Shown: positions 1-9,918 of the stretch, in pieces
Numbering within the stretch: position 1 is the stretch's first letter
How the letters are laid out: each line of letters starts with the position of its first letter
Source of the DNA: Pseudovirgaria hyperparasitica
Lineage: Eukaryota
NCBI GenBank assembly: GCA_010093815.1
Contig: ML996591.1
Strand: one strand, 5' to 3'
DNA: 20,000 nt
The notes under the pieces: model-generated
Database searches by the model: none
What the model saw: only the letters and a program-made list of their open reading frames with translations
What the model was told of the DNA's origin: nothing
Program-made: the position numbers and the translations under genes

Positions 1-867
1 TCTCGGGGCGAGTGACGTTATACTCGAGGGCACTAATGAGATTCCGAACATCTCCTTTCTGTGCCCACGTGCCGTTGCTGTTGCCCAGAGTACCGGCAAA
101 CACGGCATAGCGCTCATGAGAGATGTATGCATCCCAATGGCGAATGTAGATGCTGTCATAATATCGAGCGGTACTATAAGGCTCGGTTGCGAGCTCCGAG
201 TTGTAAGCACTGCCGTTGTTCGCATAGGCTAGCGAGGAAGCGATCCAGTTAATGTCGCCATTTTCGGTCTGCCTGGCCTTAAAGCCAGAGAACGGTGCTG
301 CAAGGCTGGTGATGAAGGAACTTCTAAGGAGTCAGCCAGGACCTGGATAGGAGAGCTCTGTGCTCGATTCGCGTGGAGACTCACGGAGCAATAATTTCGG
401 CGCCAATGTCGGCGGACCATATGGAGATACCACCAGAGACCTCATCATTCGTTCTGTTTATGTAGATGACGCTAGTATCAGTGGGCCCAATCCACAGTAC
501 CTCTGAGACTTCACTGCCCCATGGGAGCTCAGAGATGTTTCCTGTGGCAACATGGAGTAAGTTCCAGGTAGTTGACGGCTCGTGCTCAGCCCAATCGTAG
601 GTGGTAGAGGTGAACACAGCCAATTGCTATATATCTGTCAGGACGAGGAAGCTACCCAGCAGCTCGGTGGAGAAGGTACAGCAGTAGGATTGACAGTTGC
701 AGCACTCCGGCGAGGAGCAGCAAGCATAAGCCTATAGAAAGAAAGTATGTCAATCAGAATATGAGCAATAGTTGAGAGCGATAAACTCACTCGGGAGTGA
801 TGGCTCTTGCAAAGGGCAGGAGGGCCGCCACAAGGGCAGAGATAACTTTAGTCGGTGGGGACATCAT
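1..867 (-). CDS. dpp5: Secreted dipeptidyl-peptidase V (peptidase family S9), 5' part; exons 791-867, 680-731, 385-626, <1-323; continues off the left edge
   Basis: Spliced translation MMSPPTKVISALVAALLPFARA|ITPELMLAAPRRSAATVNPTAQLAVFTSTTYDW...SLAAPFSGFKARQTENGDINW...AYNSELATEPYSTARYYDSIYIRHWDAY...AVFAGTL. It has a hydrophobic signal peptide and the ITPE..APRRS and STARxYDSIYxRHWD motifs I recognise from fungal DppV. Three GT-AG introns keep the frame, and the start context is GCCATG. Confidence 0.85.
324..384 (-). other. Intron 3 of dpp5 (61 nt)
   Basis: GTGAGT donor, GCTGAC branch, TAG acceptor; removes the apparent stop of the 381..623 ORF and opens a frame to the window edge. Confidence 0.85.
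627..679 (-). other. Intron 2 of dpp5 (53 nt)
   Basis: GTACCT donor, CTGAC branch, TAG acceptor; phase 0 join into the supplied 381..623 ORF. Confidence 0.8.
732..790 (-). other. Intron 1 of dpp5 (59 nt)
   Basis: GTGAGT donor, TTGAC branch-like site, pyrimidine tract, TAG acceptor; joins GA+G (Glu) in frame. Confidence 0.85.
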
Positions 868-964
868 GGCTTATTGCTAACGGTAGCCTTCCACTTGTGA
901 AGACTCGACGAATGCGGGACAGACAGCATATTTCCAATTCATGCTCTGCCGTTCCAAGGTATGC

Positions 965-970
965 TTTATA
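965..970 (-). promoter_or_regulatory. Putative TATA box of dpp5
   Basis: TATAAA on the minus strand about 98 nt upstream of the ATG, in otherwise GC-balanced sequence. Confidence 0.55.
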
Positions 971-1480
971 GCGGTCGGTCGACCACGACGGGATCTCGTA
1001 GCCGACCGTGGCGTCGACCTCGGGAAGGAATATCCATAGAGAAGGTCGTCCTCTAAGGTAACTTATCTTGATGGATTAATGCAGGGCCAGTCTAGGTACA
1101 TCTACCTATCACCCAATCGCCTCCCACGTACGGCACTCGCTTCTACTACCCAGGGACCTGCCTAGCTAGGTAGGTAAGCACTGGGTAGCTTTCATGGTAT
1201 ACTATCAGGTAGCTATCATCCTAACGTCATGGAGGAGTTAGCTAAGATTACATGTAAGAAGTTAGATCTACGTTAATAGATCTAAGAGTAGATATTATAT
1301 AGGAAGAATATATTATTTCTTCTAAAGAATAGTATAAATTAATTGTTTCTAGTAGCTTACTTTATAATTTAATCTAAACTTTAACCTTTAATACTAATAT
1401 TTATTAGATAAGATTTCTAAGATTAATAAATATTAAAATTAATAATAGAGAATCTATTTATTTATATAGTATTATATAAA

Positions 1481-1503
1481 AAACTTCTTTATACTCTAAG
1501 AGA
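1481..1503 (+). mobile_element. Extreme 5' end of an older Tad-like LINE (host of later insertions), part 1
   Basis: aaacttctttatactctaagaga matches the family 5' terminus (gaacttctcacaccctaa at 8168; gaacttcttatacatctctaagagg at 19295) and joins to 6826 across the target duplication. Confidence 0.7.
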
Positions 1504-1738
1504 TAAAACTTCTTATACTCTAACGGACTAAACTAGTTAATTCGGGGTAAAACAGCGATTTACATACATTAAACGATAGAGTACACCGAGTATAACAATC
1601 TCCGACATACATATATACGTATAGCGTATAATATACGACGATACTAATATATAGAGATACTATATATATACGCTTAAAGACTCTTTAATAATATAAGTAT
1701 AGACTATATCTAATAAATACTAACACGCCGACCCCCTT

Positions 1739-1769
1739 TTATTAGTTAAGGGCTACCCTTAACTAATAA
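1739..1769. repeat. 31-bp palindrome TTATTAGTTAAGGG-nnn-CCCTTAACTAATAA (also at 6549-6579, 8401-8431, 13211-13241, 19530-19560)
   Basis: 14-bp inverted arms with a 3-nt spacer, read directly at five positions; the 6549 copy has one G>A arm mismatch. Confidence 0.95.
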
Positions 1770-1921
1770 TTATAGCGGCCTTAGGCACTAATATACCCCG
1801 GCTTCTACCGGGTATACCCCTAATACTAGTATAGTAGAAACGGCTATATAGCGGTATATTCTAGAATAATTAAACCCCCGTCTAATAAATAACGAATAAC
1901 TAAGGGCGTATAATACTATAG

Positions 1922-3256
1922 ATAATAGAGATAGAGGGGACTCTACCTAGAGAGACCCTCCCGGATAAGATTAACTACTAGATAGTATATATAGAGAGGG
2001 AAGTTAAGAAGGGAGAAACGGCCCTACTTAGTATCTTCTAGAACCTTATCCGGAATATTAGAGAGCTTACCGTAGGAGTAAAATAGGCGCTAGAATTAGA
2101 CCCGGAATCTAGACTAGATCGTATAGAGGCCAGTCTATAGAGGATCTAGGAGGGCCTTACCTAGGGAAAACGCCCTAGTACGTGGGTATAGATCGCCGCA
2201 CCTATAAACGGAATAGCTATATTAGCTAAAATACTAAGGGCACCTATAGACGGGGTATATAGTATATAAGTTACTATCTAGAATAAAGAAGTACTCGTAT
2301 AAGTCTAGTAAGCGTCCCTAAAGGATATTATAAATAAGATTAATAAATAGAAAGGGATATAGTTAAATATAGTAGCCGCTAAACTCACCCTAGAAGGTAT
2401 AGTACTAACTACTACTACTAATACAGCCTAGTAGACTATCTCGCGTAACCCAAACGTAATTAATAATATCTTCCCTAGCGCGTCCGTCCGCGTAACCACG
2501 TATCTAATATAGATATATACTATCTCTATCCGAGAATACATTATTAGAGAAGATAATATTAAGTAAATAGAGTAATCTAACGAACCAAAGTACCCTAGAA
2601 TTAAGATCGCGAAGGCGTGGTGGAAGAACGTCTAAGGGATTAAGATAAAATTAAAAAAGTACTCTACTATAATAGTAGAGCTTAGGGACCCTACTCTCGT
2701 CTATAGAATAACATAGAAGGGCTTCCTAGCTAAAGGAGAGCTACTTACGGCGGAACTATAGAATAGAGCATAGATAATAACGTAATACTTTAACTATTAG
2801 AGATATAGATATACTAGATAGAGGTACTCTTAGAAGACCGCCTATAGGTAGTATAAATAGGGCTATAATACTAAGGCATGCCCTTATAAGACGCAGAGCG
2901 ATAAGACGCGAGATAGGGATACCGCTAAGTACTCTAACTACGACGGGAAATACCTATTCTAGTTAGTAACGTATACGAAACGTAAGTAGGTCGTAGAATA
3001 TATTAACGTGATAAAGATAAGAGGAGTAAGGTAGATATACTAAGCTATAAGGCCCTCGCTACCCTCGCCGCTATCCCTAACTTTACTTATAAATCTAGTA
3101 ATTACCCCCTAAAGGGGAGAGGATAACGTGTAATAGTATACTATATAGAGAAAGATAGGCCGACCCTAGGGTATACTTAAAGCCGCTACCGCGCGAGGAT
3201 AATCACGCCTTAGCGCCACTAATATATAGACTTAAACTTTCCCTAGCACCTAATAA
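1922..3256 (+). pseudogene. LINE copy 1 ORF1 (gag-like nucleic-acid-binding protein); start approximate
   Basis: De-RIPed PSTWAQVAAP at about 2174-2203; QCFNCQGYGH..C, CGQC..GH....C and CSNCDGKH......C knuckles at about 2780-2980, all in one frame; ends PSTQ*. Confidence 0.8.
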
Positions 3257-6200
3257 GGGTATAAGATATACTTATTATTATATAGGTAAACGTATAATAT
3301 AAATAAGAAAACTAAGTAACGCTTCTAGAAGAAATAGGAGCCGTAATAATAGCTATCTAGGAACTATATAAATACTACTAAACTAATAAGCTAATAATAT
3401 ACCTAGGATACTATACTATCCACCCCATAGGCCCGGATAGAAGAGTTATATTTTATATATATAAGTCGATCCCGCTCTTAGAATAGTCTTATACCGAATA
3501 TAATAACCTCTAGATAATACTATATCTCTAGATAAGTATAGGGCCTATCTACATCTATAATATCTATAATTAATAGTAATTACTTATACTAGACGATATA
3601 CTAGAGGGCACCACGACGCCGGGATAATATATCCTCCTAGGTAACTTTAATCTCTACTATAGATAGTAGGGAGGCCTAGCCGTCGTAAGAGAAGAACTTA
3701 GAGTAAGGGAACTATATATACGGTACCATGACTTTCTATACCTCCTTATACCTATAGGGTAGATTACCTAGAGAAAATATAAATAGAATAAGGACGGGTC
3801 TACGCTCGACCTTACCCTTACTACTAAGTACATTAGCTATAGAGTATAGTACTACCGCCCGAGCCGGATATAGACGGACTCCGACTACGAATATATAGAA
3901 ACCATAATAGACGTCTCTACTCTTAATAAATAACGTAGAAAATAGCTATAGAAGGATACTAATTAGGATAAATACCTAGAGGACCTAGAATCGGCGATTC
4001 TAGACCCCTCTATAGTCGACGTATCTAACGGCCTAGCTATAGATAAGGCCGTATAAGTCCTCCTTTAAGTATACTAAGCCACGAGAGATAAATACGTGCT
4101 ATACTAAATATATAGACCTCTAGAAGCAAGGGGTATACCTTAAATACGAGAGTATAGAAGAGACGCCCGTAGACTATATATATATATATACTATATCCGG
4201 ACGACTAAGGCGTGGGAAGAGTAGAAGAAAGTAGTACGATATCGTAATAGGGCCCTCTATAATAAATAACGAAAGTAATAGCGTATAATTACCGATAAAT
4301 ATATATAGTAAGCCGTAGAGCTATAGCGTATAGTAAAGTAGGCTAAGGGTATAGACGCGCCGATACCGCCGCTACTAATGCCTCCCCTAATATACTAAGA
4401 GAGAATATACTCTATAAGTCTAGAGAAGATGGAGATCTTACGTAAAGTTATATTCCCCCTCCCGGAGCTAGTAGACCTATTAGATATTAATAATACTAAA
4501 TATCTAGATATAATTAATATCCCCTAAGAGGTTATCGAGGAGAATATACTTAACGCCGTTAAAGTACTCCTAAATAATAAGGTACCTAGACCGGATAGGA
4601 TACCGAATAGGTGCCTTAAACGTACTATACTAGCTACCCTACCACTTATTAGTTATATATTTTAAGTATATATTAAGAACGGATACTACCTCTAAAGCTT
4701 CCGGGCTATCTATACTATTATACTTCTAAAACTAGGGAAGAACTCTAACTCCCTAAAAGAATGGAGGCTAATTACCCTCCTCTTCTATCTTAGGAAGATA
4801 CTAGAGACTATAATTACGAAGAAGATAAGCGCCGTAGTATAGAAATATAACCTCCTCCTAGTAAACTAGAAGGCGAAGGCTAGAAGCTCTCTAATTACTA
4901 CTATCTAATATATTCTCGAAGTTATCTAGACCGTATAGAAGTAGGGACGTATAGTAACGCTACTCTCTCTTAACATGGCCGGCGCATTCGATAAAGTAAA
5001 CCATATAAGACTTATCTATAACTTATAGAAGAGGCGTATACCCGCGTAGATTACGTGGTTTATATAGTCCTTCCTTACTAAAAGAGTTACCTAGATATAT
5101 ATCTCTAGATATCGAAGTAAGTATAAGAAGACGGCTTACGGCATCCTATAAGGAAGTACTATCTCCCTAATTCTATTTCTCTTCTTTACTATAGACCTTC
5201 TCTAGAGAATATAACGTATAGAGGTAGTAGGGTACGTAGATAATATATACCTTCTAGCTATTAATAATAATACTAGCTAAATATATAGATAACTCGAATA
5301 AGACTACGGGAGATATATCTAATAGGTAAAGCGCTATAGAGTAAAGTTCGCCCCTAAAAAGTACTAACTTATATACTTTATTAACTACTATAGGAAATAG
5401 ACTACTAGGGAAGGTAAGCGATACTCTAGAATAGACGCCTTTAACGAACCGCCGATATAAAGTATACACGTACTTAGCGTTATAATTAATAATAAGCTTA
5501 AATAGAGACCATAGGTAGTATATACCGTTTCTAGGGCCCTCTAGATAGAAGCCGCTATATAATAGATTATAGCCTCTACGTGGGGAACCGCCTAGGATAA
5601 GGCACGCTAGCTATATATATCTATAGTATAACCCGCCTTTACGTACGGACACGAGTACTAGTATACGGCCCTTATATAGACTAGGCGAATAAAGCTCGAA
5701 TCTATATAGGACCGTATACTCCGTCTTATATTAGGCGTATATAAAGCTACTAACACGGTACTACTACGACGCGAGATAGACGTTATAAGTATATATAACT
5801 TCTACTAGATATAGAGGGTAGTATACTTTACTAAATAATAAGCATAGAAATATATAGGAAATATAGAATATACCTTCGCCGTACTACGTATACGAGTTAG
5901 TGTATACTACTAAGTACTCTTATATATAGGCCGGACTCGACTATAGTATAAGTACCTAATAGAAATAGACTTAAACTAAGTAGTATAAGAGATTAAGGAT
6001 AACCTAGATACCCTTCTAGACTAATAGAGCCTTTAAGAGCTCAGACAAAGCATACAGTCATAGATCTAAGATAAGTAGAAAGAGATACTCCGGGCCTAGT
6101 AGGCCTTCTAGTAGAATAGATATCTAGAGTAGATCTAAGAACTATAGAAGGAGCCGAGTAAATAGATATATAAAGGGCTTATAAAGGCCTAGGTATCTAT

Positions 6201-6555
6201 ACTTCTCTAAGCCCGAACGGGCGCTATAGAACTTCTATACTACCTCTATAAGAGAGGCGTCCCTAATATATCTCTATAGTATAAGGCGTGCGGCCGGAGA
6301 GGTATAATACGCTACTATCTTATAATATACCCCGATCTTTATACGTAAAGGTAGAAGCTTATCTATATAATAAGAACCTCCGATATCGTACGATAGCTTA
6401 ATAAGTACTCTAAGGATATTACCCGGTAGATAATTATATACCTACTACTCCTCTAATTCTAGTAGACCTAGAAATATATACTAGAAGAGACCCGGTATAC
6501 GCTAGTAGTAACCCGATATATACCGGAAGAACCCCGGGAGAACTCCGATTATTAG
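3253..6555 (+). pseudogene. LINE copy 1 ORF2 (APE endonuclease, reverse transcriptase, C-terminal zinc knuckle), about 1100 codons
   Basis: De-RIPed motifs AIQEP (3352), LGDFNLHH, STLDL, DSDH, KAPGPDGIPN, WRPITLL..LGKILE, LSLDMAGAFDKVNH, GIPQGS..SPILF, YVD(D) at 5233, FAPEK, QARTG...C..C...H...CP. Start, YVDD and end fall in the same frame. No RNase H domain was recognised. Confidence 0.9.
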
Positions 6556-6825
6556 TTAAGAGTAGCCCTTAACTAATAACCTCTATACCTATATATACTA
6601 CCTAAGGGTAAAATAATAGTAATATAGACTATAGGCTAATAGGCGTACTCTATAGCTATATACTTAAGACGAAATAGAGGTTTAATAAGATATAGTTATA
6701 GATATAAGGAAGTTTTTCCCTATAGGGTTTCTTCTTATATAATAGCTTAGACTAGAGGAGGCATAGGCCTATAGAGTACTACTCTACCTAGTTATATAAT
6801 ATTATTATTATTATACTCTAAGAGA

Positions 6826-7002
6826 CTAAACTAGTTAATTTAGAGTAATATAGAGATCTATATATATTAATTAATAGAGTATACTAAGTATAATAACCTC
6901 TAATATATATATATATATATAGTATATAGAATATAATAATACTAATATATAGAGATACTATATATATATACTTAATAACTCTTTAAAGATATAAGTATAG
7001 AC
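6826..7002 (+). mobile_element. 5' UTR of the older, more heavily RIPed Tad-like LINE, part 2; cut by the Gypsy insertion
   Basis: Colinear with about 1528-1705 and 8190-8367 (ctaaactagttaatt...ataagtatagac) but more mutated; homology stops where the LTR begins. Confidence 0.8.
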
Positions 7003-7531
7003 TATAATAAATTACTAGCTAGAGCCATAGAAGGATACATAGACTCTAGCACGAGTAGCGTAAGAGGTAGTATAGTATATAGAAGAGGTGCCTATAATAT
7101 AATAGGTAGCCTTAGGTAGTAACCTAAGGCTAAGATAGATACCTATAGGAAGAACTAATTATAGATACTTAGAATAGGTATTCTAAGTAATCTATATAGT
7201 AATTAGAAATAGAATATTAGTATTCTAAGTAATATACTAAATACTTAGAATAAGTATTTTAATTAGAGGACCTTAGTAGAACTATATAGACCCTTTAGAC
7301 CTAATCTCTAGAGATAGTTCTATAGTAATTAATTTAAACTTATACTAATATAATTACTACTTTACTTACCTACTAGCTAGTTACTATTTATACTCTATTA
7401 ATACTTACTATAAATCTACTTATACTCCTCTAAGTCTTCTAAGTACCTTTATCTTAAGGAAAGCTAGAATACTCTATATAACGGACTACTTAAGGGATAG
7501 ACCGTATCCTTATCTAGGAAGGTTTATTATA
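7003..7531 (+). repeat. 5' LTR (about 529 bp)
   Basis: Begins tataataaa and ends tttattata, a perfect 9-bp terminal inverted repeat consistent with RIPed TGT...ACA; the first 353 bp match the 3' LTR. Confidence 0.8.
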
Positions 7532-7533
7532 GT

Positions 7534-7542
7534 TTAATTACT
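7534..7542 (+). promoter_or_regulatory. Primer-binding site, probably self-priming type
   Basis: ttaattact lies 2 nt after the LTR end and is the reverse complement of agtaattaa at 7324-7332 inside the LTR. Confidence 0.55.
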
Positions 7543-8583
7543 CTACTTAGACTCTAAAATAAGTATTTACGCTATCTATTTAAATGTAAAATAGTAAATA
7601 ATAGATAATTCTTATCTTTGCGAACTACTCTATAAGTACTAACTATAGAGTAAGTTAGATATCTTATTACTAAACTAGGGGAGTAAGTTATAGAGCTCTA
7701 GAGAGAAAACGTTAAACTTAGAAAAGCTAAAGAGAGCTTTAAAAGAAAAATCCTAGAATCTTTTAAAGGTAAGCGAAGTAAACTCTAAGGATTTCTAATA
7801 TAGATTAGAATATACCTTTAGACCTATTAAATTTAGAACCTAGAAGAATAAGTTATATTTACCGCTAGACTACTAAAGAGAGACGTACTCGCGTAGTTCG
7901 AGCCTTACTTAAGGGACTTTATAGAAAATAATCCGTAGAATTAATAGAATAATACTACTAAGATCTTTAAACATTTTAAAGAATTTAAGGAATATATTAA
8001 AACGATCTTTAGAGATATAGATAAATAAAGAATAGCTAAGAGACGAATCTAGTAAATAGTCTAGATAAAATCTATATCTAACTACGCCTCTAAATTCTAA
8101 TAAATCTCTAGTTAGCTAGAATAGAATAATAAACCTCTAATTCTCTAGTTCTATACTAGATTATATAGAACTTCTCACACCCTAACGGACTAAACTAGTT
8201 AATTCGGGGCAAAACAGCGATTTATATACATTAAACGATAGAGTATACCGAGTATAATAACCTCCGATATACGTATATACGTATAGTATATAATACGCGA
8301 TAATACTAACGTGTAGAGATACTATATATATACGCTTAAAGATTCTTCGATAATATAAGTATAGACTATATCTAATAAACGCCGACACGCTAACCCCCTT
8401 TTATTAGTTAAGGGCTACCCTTAACTAATAATTATAGCGGCCTTAGGCACCGACGTACCCTAGCTTCTACTAGGTATACCCCTAATACTAGTACGGTAGA
8501 AACGGCTATATAGCGGTATATCCTAGAATGATTAAACCCCCGTCTAATAAACGACGAATAACTAAGGGTATATAACGCTATAG

Positions 8584-9918
8584 ATAATAGAGATAGAGGG
8601 GACCCTACCCGGGGAGACCCTCCCGGATAAGATTAACTACTAGATAGTACGTATAGAGAGGGAAGTTAAGAAGGGAGAAACGGCCCTTCTTAGTATCTTC
8701 CGGAACCTTATCTAGAATATTAGAGAGCTTACCGTAGGAGTAAAATAGACGCCGGAATTAGACCTAGAATCTAGACTAGATTATATAGAGGCTAGCCTAT
8801 AGAGAATCTAGGAGGGCCTTACCTAGGGAAAACGCCCTAGCACGTAGGTATAGGTCGCCGCACCTATAAACGGAATAGCTATATTAGCTAAAATACTAAG
8901 GGCACCTACGGACGGGGTATATAGTATATAAGTCGCTATCTAGAATAAAGAAGTACTTATATAAGTCTAGTAAGCGTCCCTAAAGGATATTATAAATAAG
9001 ATTAATAAATAGAAAGGGATATAGTTAAATATAGTAGCCGCTAAACTTACTCTAGAAGATATAGTACTAACTACTACTACTAATACGGCCTAGTAGACTA
9101 TCTCGCGCGACCTAAACGCGATTAATAATATCTTCCCTAGCGCGTCCGTCCGTGTAACCACGTACCTAATATAGATATATACCGTCTCCGTCTAAGGACA
9201 CGTTATTAGAGAAGATAATATTAAGTAAATAGAGTAATCTAATAAACCGAAGTACCCCGGGATTAAGATCGTAAAGGTGTAGTAGAAGAACGTCTAAGGG
9301 ATTAAGATAAAATTAAAAAAGTACTCTACTATAATAGTAGAGCTTAGAGACCCCGCTCTCGCCTATAGAATAATATAGGAGAGCTTTCTAGCTAAAGGAG
9401 AGCTACTTATAGTAGAACTATAGGATAGGGTATAGATAATAACGTAATACTTTAACTATTAGGGATATAGATATACTAGGTAGAGATACTCTTAGAAGAC
9501 CGCCTATAGGTAGTATAAATAGGGCTATAATACTAAGGAATACCCTTATAAGACGTAGAGCGACGAGACGCGAGATAGGGATACTACTAAGTACTCTAAC
9601 TACGACGGGAAACATCTATTCTAGTTAATAACATATACGAAATATAAGTAGGTCGTAGAATATATTAACGCGATAAAGATAAGAGAAGTAAGGTAGATAT
9701 ACTAAGCTATAAGGCCCTCGCTACCCTCGCCGCTATCCCTAACTTTACTTATAAATCTAGTAACTACCCCCCGAAGGGGAGAGGATAACGTATAATAGTA
9801 TACTATATAGAGAAAGATAGGCCGACCCTAGGGTATACTTAAAGCCGCTACCGCGCGAGAATAATCACGCCTTAGCGCCACTAATATATAGACTCGAACT
9901 TTCCCTAGCACCTAATAA
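8584..9918 (+). pseudogene. LINE copy 2 ORF1; start approximate
   Basis: Colinear with 1922-3256 at offset +6662. Confidence 0.8.

Larger units (their letters stand above)
1504..6810 (+). mobile_element. Full-length Tad-clade LINE, copy 1 (RIP-inactivated)
   Basis: Target duplication ttatactctaagaga at 1489-1503 and 6811-6825, (ATT)n tail, ORF1 with three CCHC knuckles, ORF2 with APE, RT and CCHC. Colinear with copy 2 at a constant offset of 6662. Confidence 0.93.

Noticed and set aside
61..420. Supplied ORFs 61..252 (+, Cys-rich) and 229..420 (-)
   Set aside because: They are the antisense shadow and an off-frame, intron-spanning reading of dpp5 exons; the spliced dpp5 frame explains the region.
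972..1020. Imperfect GC-rich inverted repeats upstream of the dpp5 TATA box (cggtcgg/ccgaccg, ggtcgac/gtcgacc)
   Set aside because: They are short and imperfect; a regulatory role cannot be supported without comparative data.
1395..1435. 12-bp inverted repeat taatatttatta / taataaatatta
   Set aside because: It consists only of A/T in extremely AT-rich sequence, has no target duplication, and is plausibly chance.
6474..6537. 22-bp imperfect direct repeat with 42-nt period at the end of ORF2
   Set aside because: It is a small in-frame duplication in a low-constraint C-terminus, with no further evidence of function.
5254..9615. Supplied minus-strand ORFs 5254..5469, 8182..8388 and 9418..9615
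   Set aside because: They are short I/L/Y/S-rich chance frames antisense to RIPed LINE sequence, with no recognisable motifs.
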